A stretch of 63,352 bases of DNA, the filler included, from the NCBI RefSeq assembly GCF_002087085.1. It is 4 parts of 4 records of this genome, joined end to end, with 100 filler letters (N's around TTAATTAATTAA, not from the genome) between each part and the next. Parts side by side here need not be neighbours in the genome. Positions count along the whole stretch, not along the records: positions 25,666 to 47,853 come from NZ_MWQY01000032.1; 3 more parts are not named here. One strand, 5' to 3'. The notes under the pieces were generated by a model. It had not been told where the DNA came from. It did no database searches and saw only the letters and a list, made by a program, of their open reading frames with translations. A program made the translations under genes and the position numbers. Of the stretch, positions 28,650-37,848 are shown piece by piece. The stretch's first letter is position 1; each line of letters begins with the position of its first letter.

Positions 28650-31600
28650 ATCCTGTTATCTTCATCGCGGCTCTGCTGGGTTTTGCCTTTATCTATCCCC
28701 TGGCGGAAACCATCGGAAGAACCTTTGCCCGGGGTATCGCGCTTATCGTTATGGCGTTTTTCGCTCTGGCAGCAGTCTCATGGCTGCTGACGCTGGCCTC
28801 CGGCGCTCCGGTGATCGAAACGGGGACCGCCGGCTTCAGCGCTCCCCTCTCCATCAACCTGGCCGTTGGCGTACCCGAGGCTGCGGCCCTGACGGCCGTC
28901 TTTCTTGCCGGATTCGGCGCCCTGTTCCATCTGCTGTTCCGTGAGCAGGACCCCTGGCAGGGAAAACGGGTTGTTCTCTTTTTTATTCAGATGCTGGGAG
29001 CCGCCGGCCTGATCTTGACCCGGGATATCTTTAACCTCTTTGTTTTTATGGAGATATCCTCCTTAAGCCTCTTCGGCCTTCTGAGCACTTCCCGGGACGA
29101 ACGGATTTTCGAGGGCGGCTTCAAGTACATGGTCGCTTCGGGACTGGCCTCAGCCTTTTTTCTGATCGGGGTCGCCCTTGTATACCGGGAAGCCGGAACC
29201 CTCAGTATCGACGGTATAATCGAAGCCCGGGACAGACTGCAGGGATTCAGCGCGAGCATGGGACTCCTGCTGCTTCTGACCGGGGTCCTGATCGAACTGA
29301 AACCCGCGCCGGCCAACGGCTGGGCCCTGGACACCTACGAAGCCGCCGATCACGGCATCGGTTCCATGATGAGTGCCGTCGGCGCCACCGCCATGGCCAT
29401 GGTTCTCTTTAAAGTTCTGCCGATTTTTTCCTCACCGGCCCTCCCGGTTTTTAAACTCCTGGTAATCGCGGGGGCCGGTTCCTTTCTTATCTCCCAATTC
29501 GGCGCCCTGCGCCAGGAATCCTACAAACGTATGCTTGGCTACTCTTCGACGGCCCAGATTTCCCTGGTCGTCATGATTGCCGGGCTTACACCGGTCCTGC
29601 AGCATCCCCTGCGGGGATCCCTGCTTACAAGCCTCGCTGCCTTTATACCGGGCGGTGGGCCCGCTGCGGGAACCACGGCCATCGTCCTTCTTCTGCTGGT
29701 CAACCATGCCATGGCGAAGGCCGGTCTTTTCTGGATCGGCGGGGCCCTGAAAACCGCCGATACCGGCGGCGGCCCGATACTTCCCGCCTCCCTGCGCGGC
29801 CGGCCGGTTCTGCTGACCCTGCTTGGGATTTTCGTCGCCGCCCTGATCGGTCTGCCCCCCTTCCCTGCCTTCTGGGCAAAATGGTCGCTGATCATGGCTC
29901 TGGGACAGAGCGACTCCATTCTGGTAATGGCGCTTATACTGGCCGGATCCCTGGCCGAGGCAGTCTATCTGCTGCGCTTCTTTGTTATGAGCGCGCGCTC
30001 TTCGCAGGACACAGCGGATATTCTGGAAGAGACTATCCCCGGCGACTTCGAGGGAGAGCCCCCGGTCTACGATGCGGGGGTCGAAATCGGTCCCGGCGGA
30101 GCGCCGCAGACCGGACTTGCGGGTAATGCCAAAGAGGCGACAGCGTATGTTCCCGGCTCCTTTGTAAGCGGCGGGGTGCCCGCGCTGCTGGCCGCAGCGG
30201 TCCTGACGCTGCTGGGCGCGGGCTGCGCTCTGGCCGCCGGGGTTTCCACGACAATCCTCCTTCCCTTCGCGGCCCTGGTCCTTTTTGCCCTGCTGGACCT
30301 GCTGCGCTTTCCGGTCAGGCTGCAGCTGCCTGCGGCCATGACAGTAATCGGCCTCTACGGCTGGTATCTGCTGCCCGACCTGGAAGGGATGCGCCAGCTG
30401 TTCGCCCTGATGTTTATAGCCGGTTCCCTGGTACAGCTTGTCGCCTTCATGAACCGCAGGGGCCGGGAACCGGGGACCGCCGCGCTGCTTACGGCCCTGA
30501 TCCTCTCCCTGGGGGCGCTGACGGTGAGCGTCTCAAACCTCGATCTTTTTATAAGCTGGGAGACCATGACCCTGACATCCTTTCTTCTGATTCAGCGGGG
30601 GCGCCGGGCCGCGGCAGGAGCCCTCTGGTACATTAGCTGTTCCCTGGGCGGGGCCTATCTGCTCCTGAGCGGGCTCGCCCTGCTGGGAGAGGGGACATTT
30701 GTTACCGCTGCAGGAACAGCGCCGTCAGCGGCAATCCTGATTGCGTTGGGACTGCTTGTTAAACTCGGAGCCCTGGGACTCCACATCTGGCTGCCTGTCG
30801 CTTATGCCGAGGCCGAGGATGATTTCTCAAGTTTGATTTCGTCGGTGCTGAGCAAGGCGGGGCTCTTTGTCCTTTTTCTGGGGGCGGGCTTTTTTACCCC
30901 GCTGGTGTTCGGCGGCGCCGCTTTTTCCGGAATCCCCTTGAGCACCCTGATCGGCTGGTTGGGAGTCGCCACGGCCCTTGCCGGCGCGATGATGGCCCTG
31001 TTTCAGGAGGACATCAAGTACGCCCTGGCCTACTCCTCCATGGGTCAGGTGGGTTACATGGTGCTGACCTGGGCGGCCATGAGCCACCTGGGGTGGATAG
31101 CCAGCCTTTACCTTGCTGTCACCCACCTGATGTTCAAGGCCATGCTCTTTCTGGCCGTGGCCGGGGTAATCTACCGTACCGGAACGCGGCTCATGTACCA
31201 GATGGGGGGGCTCATTAAGCGCATGCCCCTGAGCTTTATTTCGGTCCTCTTCGCCATAATAGCCCTCTCCGGGGTGCCCCCTCTTACGGGTTTCGGCGCC
31301 AAATGGCTCATGTACTCGGCACTGATCGAGAAAGGCTGGTATCTGCAGGCGGGGCTTGCCATGTTCTCTTCCGGGGTCGCCTTTCTGTACCTGTTCCGGC
31401 TGATCCATTCCATTTTCCTCGGCCAGCGAAAACCGATCTACCACGACATCAAAGAGGCCCCGGCCTGGTTTATTATCCCCCAGATGATCTTTCTGGTTGT
31501 GGTATTCGCCTTCTCCATGTTTCCAAAGATCCTGATTGTTCCCCTGCAGAAGGTCATAGAGCCCTACTTCAGCTCCTCCGTCGTATGGGAGGGCTACAGT

Positions 31601-31981
31601 GTCATCTCCAGCCTGGGCTACTGGAACGGCAGCGCCGTCATGTACGTGACCATCGGCGTCTTTATCGCCCCCCTCCTGTGGCTGCTTCTCACCAAAGGCC
31701 GGGTCTACAGGGTGGAGCAGTTCAACATCGTCTACGCTGCGGAACGGCCCTACAAGCCGGAAACCACCCACTATGCCTATAACTTCTTCGGACACTACCG
31801 GAAAGCCCTGGGATTTCTGGTGGATCCGCTGGTTCGACGCTTCTGGCAGGGAACGGCGGAGGCCGCCGGCCAGATTTCAGGGGCCCTGCGGCGCATCAAT
31901 ACCGGAAATACCCAGACATACAGCCTGCAGATACTGGTCTATTTTCTGCTGGCCTACCTGATTACGCGAGGTGGCTTCTGA
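28643..31981 (+). CDS. Fused double proton-translocating antiporter-like subunit (MbxH+H'-like), 1112 aa
   Basis: Two antiporter-like domains: 'FVFMEISS...KRMLGYSS' and 'WETMT...KLGALGLHIWLP...LAYSSMGQ...GFGAKW'. They are joined by an acidic Gly/Pro linker, with a C-terminal lateral-helix-like tail. Confidence 0.9.
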   Translation: MVNPVIFIAALLGFAFIYPLAETIGRTFARGIALIVMAFFALAAVSWLLTLASGAPVIETGTAGFSAPLSINLAVGVPEAAALTAVFLAGFGALFHLLFREQDPWQGKRVVLFFIQMLGAAGLILTRDIFNLFVFMEISSLSLFGLLSTSRDERIFEGGFKYMVASGLASAFFLIGVALVYREAGTLSIDGIIEARDRLQGFSASMGLLLLLTGVLIELKPAPANGWALDTYEAADHGIGSMMSAVGATAMAMVLFKVLPIFSSPALPVFKLLVIAGAGSFLISQFGALRQESYKRMLGYSSTAQISLVVMIAGLTPVLQHPLRGSLLTSLAAFIPGGGPAAGTTAIVLLLLVNHAMAKAGLFWIGGALKTADTGGGPILPASLRGRPVLLTLLGIFVAALIGLPPFPAFWAKWSLIMALGQSDSILVMALILAGSLAEAVYLLRFFVMSARSSQDTADILEETIPGDFEGEPPVYDAGVEIGPGGAPQTGLAGNAKEATAYVPGSFVSGGVPALLAAAVLTLLGAGCALAAGVSTTILLPFAALVLFALLDLLRFPVRLQLPAAMTVIGLYGWYLLPDLEGMRQLFALMFIAGSLVQLVAFMNRRGREPGTAALLTALILSLGALTVSVSNLDLFISWETMTLTSFLLIQRGRRAAAGALWYISCSLGGAYLLLSGLALLGEGTFVTAAGTAPSAAILIALGLLVKLGALGLHIWLPVAYAEAEDDFSSLISSVLSKAGLFVLFLGAGFFTPLVFGGAAFSGIPLSTLIGWLGVATALAGAMMALFQEDIKYALAYSSMGQVGYMVLTWAAMSHLGWIASLYLAVTHLMFKAMLFLAVAGVIYRTGTRLMYQMGGLIKRMPLSFISVLFAIIALSGVPPLTGFGAKWLMYSALIEKGWYLQAGLAMFSSGVAFLYLFRLIHSIFLGQRKPIYHDIKEAPAWFIIPQMIFLVVVFAFSMFPKILIVPLQKVIEPYFSSSVVWEGYSVISSLGYWNGSAVMYVTIGVFIAPLLWLLLTKGRVYRVEQFNIVYAAERPYKPETTHYAYNFFGHYRKALGFLVDPLVRRFWQGTAEAAGQISGALRRINTGNTQTYSLQILVYFLLAYLITRGGF

Positions 31982-32913
31982 TGGCAACTGCGATACTGAC
32001 CAAGGCGTTCTACACCCTGATCTCGCTCTTCGTGATCCTCAACTACGGGCTTATCCTGATGGGAACCATGGCCCGGGTCCGGGCGAAGGTGCAGGGGCGC
32101 ATAGGACAGCCCTTTTATCAGCCCTATATCGACATGATCAAGAACAGCGCCAAGCGGACGGGAATCACCCACGGGGTGATGTTCTTTCTGGGACCCGTCT
32201 TCCGGCTGGCCGGCGGACTGGGGACCTACCTCTTCATTCCCGTTATTTTCGGTTCCGCGGTTTTCGCGAACTTCAGTTTCTCCGGTGACCTGCTGCTGGT
32301 CATGTATTTTATATTCTTCGGACAGCTCGGGATGGCCCTGGGGGCCGGAGAGAGCGGGCATCCCTTCAGTCCCATCGGGGTCTCCCGGGGACTGGCCCAG
32401 ATGACCGCCTTCGAACTGCCCTTCAGCCTGGCGGTAATCTCCCTGGCGGCCCAGTACCAGACACTGTCGATTACCGGGATCGTCGCCGCCCAGCAGGGGG
32501 GCTTCCAGAACTGGGCGGCCTTTACCAATCCCCTGGCTATGGCCGCCGGCATGCTGGCCTTTCTGGGCATGAGCATGAACAACCCCTTCAGCGTGGTTGT
32601 CGCCCCTCAGGAGATCCCCATCGGTCCGCCGACGGAGATGCAGTCCGGCTTTCTGGGTATGCTGCAAGCTAACCGGGCGATCTTCAACGGCGCCAAGATG
32701 GTCCTCTTTATGAACCTCTTCTGGGGGGGAGCGGCCCATCCGAACATCTTTATCGCCATCCTGATCATGGTGGCCAAGACCTTTCTGATCTACCTCTACG
32801 TGGTAATCGTGGGGGTCAGTTTCCCGCGGTTTAAAACCCATCAGTCGATCCGCTTTTTCCTGGGGGTACCTACCCTGCTGGGTCTGGCGGCAGTAATTCT
32901 GCAGATGCTATAG
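31981..32913 (+). CDS. NuoH-like membrane subunit (MbxM-like)
   Basis: 'AKVQGRIGQPFYQPYID', 'PFSVVVAPQEI..GP.TE', 'FPRFK'. Confidence 0.9.
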   Translation: MATAILTKAFYTLISLFVILNYGLILMGTMARVRAKVQGRIGQPFYQPYIDMIKNSAKRTGITHGVMFFLGPVFRLAGGLGTYLFIPVIFGSAVFANFSFSGDLLLVMYFIFFGQLGMALGAGESGHPFSPIGVSRGLAQMTAFELPFSLAVISLAAQYQTLSITGIVAAQQGGFQNWAAFTNPLAMAAGMLAFLGMSMNNPFSVVVAPQEIPIGPPTEMQSGFLGMLQANRAIFNGAKMVLFMNLFWGGAAHPNIFIAILIMVAKTFLIYLYVVIVGVSFPRFKTHQSIRFFLGVPTLLGLAAVILQML

Positions 32914-32931
32914 GAAAAAGGAGTTCCAACA

Positions 32932-33666
32932 ATGAGCGACACTAAACAGATCGATACAGCCGTTGCACCGGTAAAGAATCCTGATCCCCGTACGGTATCC
33001 GTCCGGCCGATGGAGACGGACGCCGTGGCAGCGGAACAGATTCGTCTCTTTACCGAAGAGGGCAGACTGGCCAACGACGGTCTTGCCGACAGCGACCGGC
33101 CGAATTTCTGTGACCAGCCGCCGGAGGTAATCAAACCCTTCAAGGGAGCCTGGGAGAAATTCCTGAACTGGGCCAGGAGCGAGTCCCTCTGGATCCTGGG
33201 ATTCGGGACCGGATGCGGCGCCATAGAGCTCCGTCCCCTGATGACCAGCCGCTTCGATATGTACCGCTTCGGCATACAGCCCCGTCCCACTCCAAGGCAG
33301 TCCAGTGTCTTTATTATCGGAGGTTATGCTTCGGTAAAGACGATGAAGCGCATCGTCCGCAGCTACGAACAGATGCAGGGGCCCAAGTTCGTAATCGGCC
33401 TGGGAAGCTGCACCATCAACGGCGGCATGTACTGGGACAGCTACAACACGGTCAACCGGCTGGACCACTATATTCCGGTGGACATCTACATCGCCGGCTG
33501 CATGCCCCGCCCGGAAGCCCTGCTGGCGGGCTTCCAGAAGCTGAAAAGGATGATAAAGGAAGGCCGCTGCGAGGGGGCCAACAAATACGCGGAGAACTTC
33601 GCCTGGTATAAAGCAAACCAGAAGCGGATCATCAAAGACTGGAACATGCCGGACTACAACTGGTAA
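32932..33666 (+). CDS. NuoB-like Fe-S subunit (MbxJ/MbsJ-like)
   Basis: 'SLWILGFGTGCGAIE', 'GSCTINGGMYWDSY', 'IAGCMPRPEA'. Confidence 0.92.
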   Translation: MSDTKQIDTAVAPVKNPDPRTVSVRPMETDAVAAEQIRLFTEEGRLANDGLADSDRPNFCDQPPEVIKPFKGAWEKFLNWARSESLWILGFGTGCGAIELRPLMTSRFDMYRFGIQPRPTPRQSSVFIIGGYASVKTMKRIVRSYEQMQGPKFVIGLGSCTINGGMYWDSYNTVNRLDHYIPVDIYIAGCMPRPEALLAGFQKLKRMIKEGRCEGANKYAENFAWYKANQKRIIKDWNMPDYNW

Positions 33667-33684
33667 GGAACAAAGGGAAGGAAT

Positions 33685-34269
33685 ATGAGTATGAACGATA
33701 AAGCAGCACAGCTGACGGCCCCCGACGCGGTCAGAACGGTGATTGACGCGCTTTTCCTGCGTTTCGGCGTCTCGGGGCTGGAGGAAAAAAATGCGTACCA
33801 GGCCTTTTTGCGGGTCGAAAAAGACGAGGCGGTATCCGTCATTACACATCTTAAGGAGATCGCCGCCTACACGCACCTGTCGTTTTTGACCGCCGTGGAC
33901 CAGATCGAACGCGGCAAATTCGAGCTTCTCTACATGCTTCACAGCTATGAGAAGAACCACGACCTGGGAATCATCGTCGATGTGGACAGGGAAAACAGCG
34001 AGATGGACAGTATTCACCATCTCTGGCCGGCGGCGGAGACCTATCAGCGGGAACTCAGGGAGATGTACGGCGTTATCTTTCCCGGCAGCCCCCGGCTCTA
34101 CGAAGACTTTGCCCTGGAGGGCTGGGAGGAACTGCCCCCCATGCGGCGGGACTTCGACACAAAAGAGTACAGCGAAAAAACCTATTACGCCCGTCCCGGC
34201 CGCTCGAGTACCGATACCCGGGAACACATGAAGAAGAAACTCTACCCCAGCGAGGCGGAAACATGGTAA
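33685..34269 (+). CDS. NuoC-like subunit (MbxK-like)
   Basis: 'LTAVD', 'YQRELREMYGVIFPG', 'PPMRRDFDT'. Confidence 0.9.
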   Translation: MSMNDKAAQLTAPDAVRTVIDALFLRFGVSGLEEKNAYQAFLRVEKDEAVSVITHLKEIAAYTHLSFLTAVDQIERGKFELLYMLHSYEKNHDLGIIVDVDRENSEMDSIHHLWPAAETYQRELREMYGVIFPGSPRLYEDFALEGWEELPPMRRDFDTKEYSEKTYYARPGRSSTDTREHMKKKLYPSEAETW

Positions 34270-35483
34270 AAACAGGCAACACCGGGGTCAGCGATCTCGC
34301 TACCCGCAACAGCGCCCATATAAACGACAATCCCCGCATGCCGGAAATCGTAAACGGAAAGAGCCGCTTTAACCTGGAGAGCGGAAAGTACCTGAAGGTC
34401 TGGCAGGGGCCCCAGCATCCCGGAATTACCGGGAACATGAGCCTTGAGCTTACCATCTGCGGCGACGAAATCGTGGAGTGCAAGACCCATGTGGGTTACC
34501 TGCACCGGGGCTTCGAAAAACTGATGGAACGGCGCAAGTATATTCAGTGCTTTCCCATCGTCTGCCGCATCTGCGTGCCCGAGCCCGATTTTAACGAGTA
34601 CCTCTTTGCCGCCACGGTGGAGGAACTGGCCGGAATTACGATCCCCGAACGGGCAGTATGGATCCGGACCCTGAACCTTGAGATGGCCCGGCTTGCCAGT
34701 TTCCTCATGTGGATCGGCGGCCAGGCGGGGGCCTTCGGCATGGGGACCTTAGGACAGTGGACGGTAACCCTGCGGGACTACGTGCTGGACCGTTTCGAAG
34801 AGCTCAGCGGCGGCCGGATCTACCACATGTACATGATTCCCGGGGGCGTCCGCGCCGATTTTCCCGAAGGCTTCCGGGAACGCCTCCTGGAGACCCTGGA
34901 GACCGTGGAAAGCACCCTCAAGGACATCGAACTGGCCATGTTCAGCAACGGGGTATTTAAAAAACGGGCCGTCGGACTGGGGGTAATCGCCCCGGAGATC
35001 GTCGACCAGTTCGGCATTACCGGCCCCAACGCCCGGGCGGCGGGCTTCAAGCGGGACACCCGCAAGGACCGCCCCTATCTGGTCTACGACCGGCTTGATT
35101 TCGAGGTCATTACCGCCACCGGGTCCGACGCCTACAGCCGGGCCGTGGTACGCCTGAAGGAGACCTTCCAGTCCATCGACCTTATCCGGCAAATTCTGGA
35201 AAAAATGCCCCAGGAGGGGCCCTTCTTTACCAAACTCCCCAACCCGCTGCACTGGAAAGTCCCGGCGGGCCAGATCTACCTGAAAGCCGAGTGTACCCGG
35301 GGAGAGTACGGCTACTACCTGAACTCCGACGGGGGAGACAAACCCCGGAGGATCTATGTTCGGGGTCCCAGTTATACCCACGCGGTGGCGCTCATGGAGC
35401 ACCTCTCCATCGGCTGCGATATCGCCGATACGGCGGGGCTGATGGTTTCGCTGCATACCTACCCCCCAGAGGTAGAGAGATAA
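34263..35483 (+). CDS. NuoD-like catalytic subunit without NiFe ligands (MbxL/MbsL-like)
   Basis: 'GPQHPG', 'GYLHRGFEKL', 'RICVPEPD', C-terminus 'SLHTYPPEVER'. Confidence 0.9.
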   Translation: MVKTGNTGVSDLATRNSAHINDNPRMPEIVNGKSRFNLESGKYLKVWQGPQHPGITGNMSLELTICGDEIVECKTHVGYLHRGFEKLMERRKYIQCFPIVCRICVPEPDFNEYLFAATVEELAGITIPERAVWIRTLNLEMARLASFLMWIGGQAGAFGMGTLGQWTVTLRDYVLDRFEELSGGRIYHMYMIPGGVRADFPEGFRERLLETLETVESTLKDIELAMFSNGVFKKRAVGLGVIAPEIVDQFGITGPNARAAGFKRDTRKDRPYLVYDRLDFEVITATGSDAYSRAVVRLKETFQSIDLIRQILEKMPQEGPFFTKLPNPLHWKVPAGQIYLKAECTRGEYGYYLNSDGGDKPRRIYVRGPSYTHAVALMEHLSIGCDIADTAGLMVSLHTYPPEVER

Positions 35484-35501
35484 AAGGCAGGAAGGTTCAG
35501 T

Positions 35502-37286
35502 ATGAGTCTGAAAGATTTAGCGGCCCCCTTTACCGTATGGAAGAGGGCCTTCGAAAAACCCTATACCCAGATCAAGCCCATCGAAGAGCGTCCGGGAGCG
35601 GAGCGCTACCGGGGCTTTCACATCAACGACACGGACAAATGTATCGGCTGCGGCACCTGCGAATCGGTGTGCCAGAACGAAGCCATCGACCTGGTGCCCG
35701 TTACAGAGAGGGAGACCAGGCATGGAGATTCGGGATTGCGGCCGAAGATCGACTACGGACGCTGCTGCTGGTGCGCCCTCTGCGTCGACATCTGTCCAAC
35801 GAGCTCCCTGGGCATGAGCAACGAGTATATCTGGATCGACGAAGACCCGGAGGTTTTCCGCTTTGTGCCCGGAGAGGATGAGACATCCTGGCAGACGAGC
35901 GACAAGGGCTACCGCCGGGCCGAAGGTTACGAGCTGCTGGAAGGGGAACGGGTGCCCATGCCGATGCTCTCCTTCGAGGAGAGCCGGAAGAGCTTCGTCG
36001 AGATGGTGCAGGGCTACAGCAGGGAACAGGCCATTGCCGAGGCGGACCGCTGCGTTGCCTGCGGGATTTGCATCGCCACATGTCCCGCCCACATGGATGT
36101 TCCCGCCTACATCGACGCCATCCGCCGGGACGACATGGAGGATGGTTTGAGGATCGTCTATCAGGCGAATCCCCTGCCCGCCTCCTGTGGCCGGGTCTGT
36201 TCCCACGCCTGCGAATACGTCTGCGCCGTAAAGCACAAGGGAGAGGCGCTTTCCATCCGCTGGCTCAAGCGCTACATCGTGGACCAGATCTACCTGGGAG
36301 ACTACAGGGGGGTACTGGAAAGCGCGGAGAATCAGAACGGTAAAAAGGTCGCCGTTATCGGTTCCGGTCCCGGCGGACTTGCCGCGGCATACTATTTGAG
36401 ACTCCTTGGCTACGAGGTTCGCATATTCGACGCCAACGAAAAAGCCGGAGGCATGCTGCGCTACGGAATCCCCGAATACCGGCTGCCCTACGACCAGGTG
36501 GATAAGGACATCGAATACATCCGCAGTCTGGGGGTAGAGATCCACCAGAATGTCAGGATCGGCGTCGACATTCCCTTCCGGGAGATTTACGACGACAACG
36601 ACGCGGTTTTCTTTTCCACCGGTCTTACCGACCCCTACGGCCTGGACATTGCCGGCGAAGATCTGCCGGGGGTCATTTCGGGACTGAAAATACTGGACGA
36701 TGTGACCGACGGCAGGGATCCGGAGGTCGGAAAATCTGTTGTTGTCGTGGGTGGAGGAAATGTGGCCATGGACGCTGCCCGTACAAGCCGCCGTTACGGC
36801 GCCGAGGTTACGATCCTCTACCGTCGACGGGAAGAGGACATGCCAGCCGACGAGGAGGAGATCCACGAAAGCCGGGGGGAAGGCTGCCGGCTGCTTACCC
36901 AGGCGATCCCCCTGCGCCTGGAGAAGGGGGAGACTACCCGCCTCAAGCTCTACTGGGGCAAAGCGGAGATGATCCCCGATCCTGAGGGGGGACGGCCCCG
37001 GCCGCAGCTGATAGAGGGCAGCGAGGAGATGATTGAATGCGACACCGTCATACCCGCCATCGGACAACAGGCGGATTATGCCTTCCTGCCGGAGGAGATT
37101 TCCGCTAAAATCAGTTTCAAACGCGGCATGGTCCAGATAAACGAGTACCGTCAGACAGGAGACACGAAAATCTTCGCCGGCGGAGACATCGCCAACCGTA
37201 AGCGCGACGCTATCAGCGCCATCGCCGACGGCCATTCTGCAGCCAAGGGGATCGACATCTTTTTAACGACCCCGGGGAAAAATTAA
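35502..37286 (+). CDS. NuoI-like 2x[4Fe-4S] domain fused to GltD-like FAD/NAD(P)H oxidoreductase
   Basis: N-terminal 'RYRGFH..CIGCGTCESVC...CCWCALCVDICP', then 'CVACGICIATCP', 'CGRVCSHACEYVC', 'GSGPGG', 'GMLRYGIPEYRLP', 'GGGNVAMD', 'YRR'. Confidence 0.92.
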   Translation: MSLKDLAAPFTVWKRAFEKPYTQIKPIEERPGAERYRGFHINDTDKCIGCGTCESVCQNEAIDLVPVTERETRHGDSGLRPKIDYGRCCWCALCVDICPTSSLGMSNEYIWIDEDPEVFRFVPGEDETSWQTSDKGYRRAEGYELLEGERVPMPMLSFEESRKSFVEMVQGYSREQAIAEADRCVACGICIATCPAHMDVPAYIDAIRRDDMEDGLRIVYQANPLPASCGRVCSHACEYVCAVKHKGEALSIRWLKRYIVDQIYLGDYRGVLESAENQNGKKVAVIGSGPGGLAAAYYLRLLGYEVRIFDANEKAGGMLRYGIPEYRLPYDQVDKDIEYIRSLGVEIHQNVRIGVDIPFREIYDDNDAVFFSTGLTDPYGLDIAGEDLPGVISGLKILDDVTDGRDPEVGKSVVVVGGGNVAMDAARTSRRYGAEVTILYRRREEDMPADEEEIHESRGEGCRLLTQAIPLRLEKGETTRLKLYWGKAEMIPDPEGGRPRPQLIEGSEEMIECDTVIPAIGQQADYAFLPEEISAKISFKRGMVQINEYRQTGDTKIFAGGDIANRKRDAISAIADGHSAAKGIDIFLTTPGKN

Positions 37287-37290
37287 GAGT

Positions 37291-37324
37291 CGCCGGCATG
37301 GAGAACAAGCCCTCCATGCCGGCG
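37291..37324. other. Strong intergenic stem-loop
   Basis: CGCCGGCATGGAG-aacaagcc-CTCCATGCCGGCG, with no U-tract. Confidence 0.6.
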
Positions 37325-37346
37325 GGGAGTTCGGGAAACGAGGATT

Positions 37347-37724
37347 ATGGATACAATCGACATGACGGCGGATGCCGGATTGAAAAGCCGAATCAGGGAA
37401 ATTAAAAACCGTTTTACCCAGGTCAGATGTAATGAAGTACAGCAGCTGCTGAATACGATGGCGAATCCCGTCCGTTTCCATATCCTCTGCGCCCTCAGGG
37501 TCCAGCCCTTCACAGTTACCGAGCTGGTGGAAATCTCCGAGGCAAACATATCCAATGTCAGTCAGCAGTTGAAGATGATGTGGATGGCGGGATATCTGGC
37601 AAAAGAAAAAAAGGGGAAGCAGGCCTACTATCGGCTGGCAAGCGACAGAATCGACAGGATTGTGGGATTCCTGGAAGATCTTTTTCCGGAGAACCGGCAG
37701 GAGGAGTGCGGCTGCGAGGATTGA
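37347..37724 (+). CDS. ArsR/SmtB family regulator, Cys-rich
   Basis: 'MANPVRFHILCAL...VTELVE...VSQQL...YYRL', C-terminal 'EECGCED'. Confidence 0.88.
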   Translation: MDTIDMTADAGLKSRIREIKNRFTQVRCNEVQQLLNTMANPVRFHILCALRVQPFTVTELVEISEANISNVSQQLKMMWMAGYLAKEKKGKQAYYRLASDRIDRIVGFLEDLFPENRQEECGCED

Positions 37725-37848
37725 ATCGCCCCGAACTCTCCATGATATAGAAAGAGCAATACATTATATTTTTTGTCATATTTCTTGACTTAGCCCTGCA
37801 CCAGGTTCATTTTATACAGCATGACGATTGAAAATAGTGGAGGATTCC

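Noticed and set aside
35517..37235. Long antisense ORFs (572 aa here; also 32908-34227, 41162-42520, 18246-19298, 46609-47670)
   Set aside because: Shadows of well-supported genes on the opposite strand in GC-rich DNA, with no recognisable motifs.
26219..37286. Canonical complex I or a NiFe hydrogenase (Mbh/Ech/Hyf)
   Set aside because: No NuoA/J/K or NuoEFG genes, and the large subunit lacks the second N-terminal and both C-terminal NiFe cysteines.
35502..37286. Glutamate synthase small subunit gltD
   Set aside because: No gltB nearby; it carries an N-terminal NuoI domain and sits at the NuoI position of the operon.
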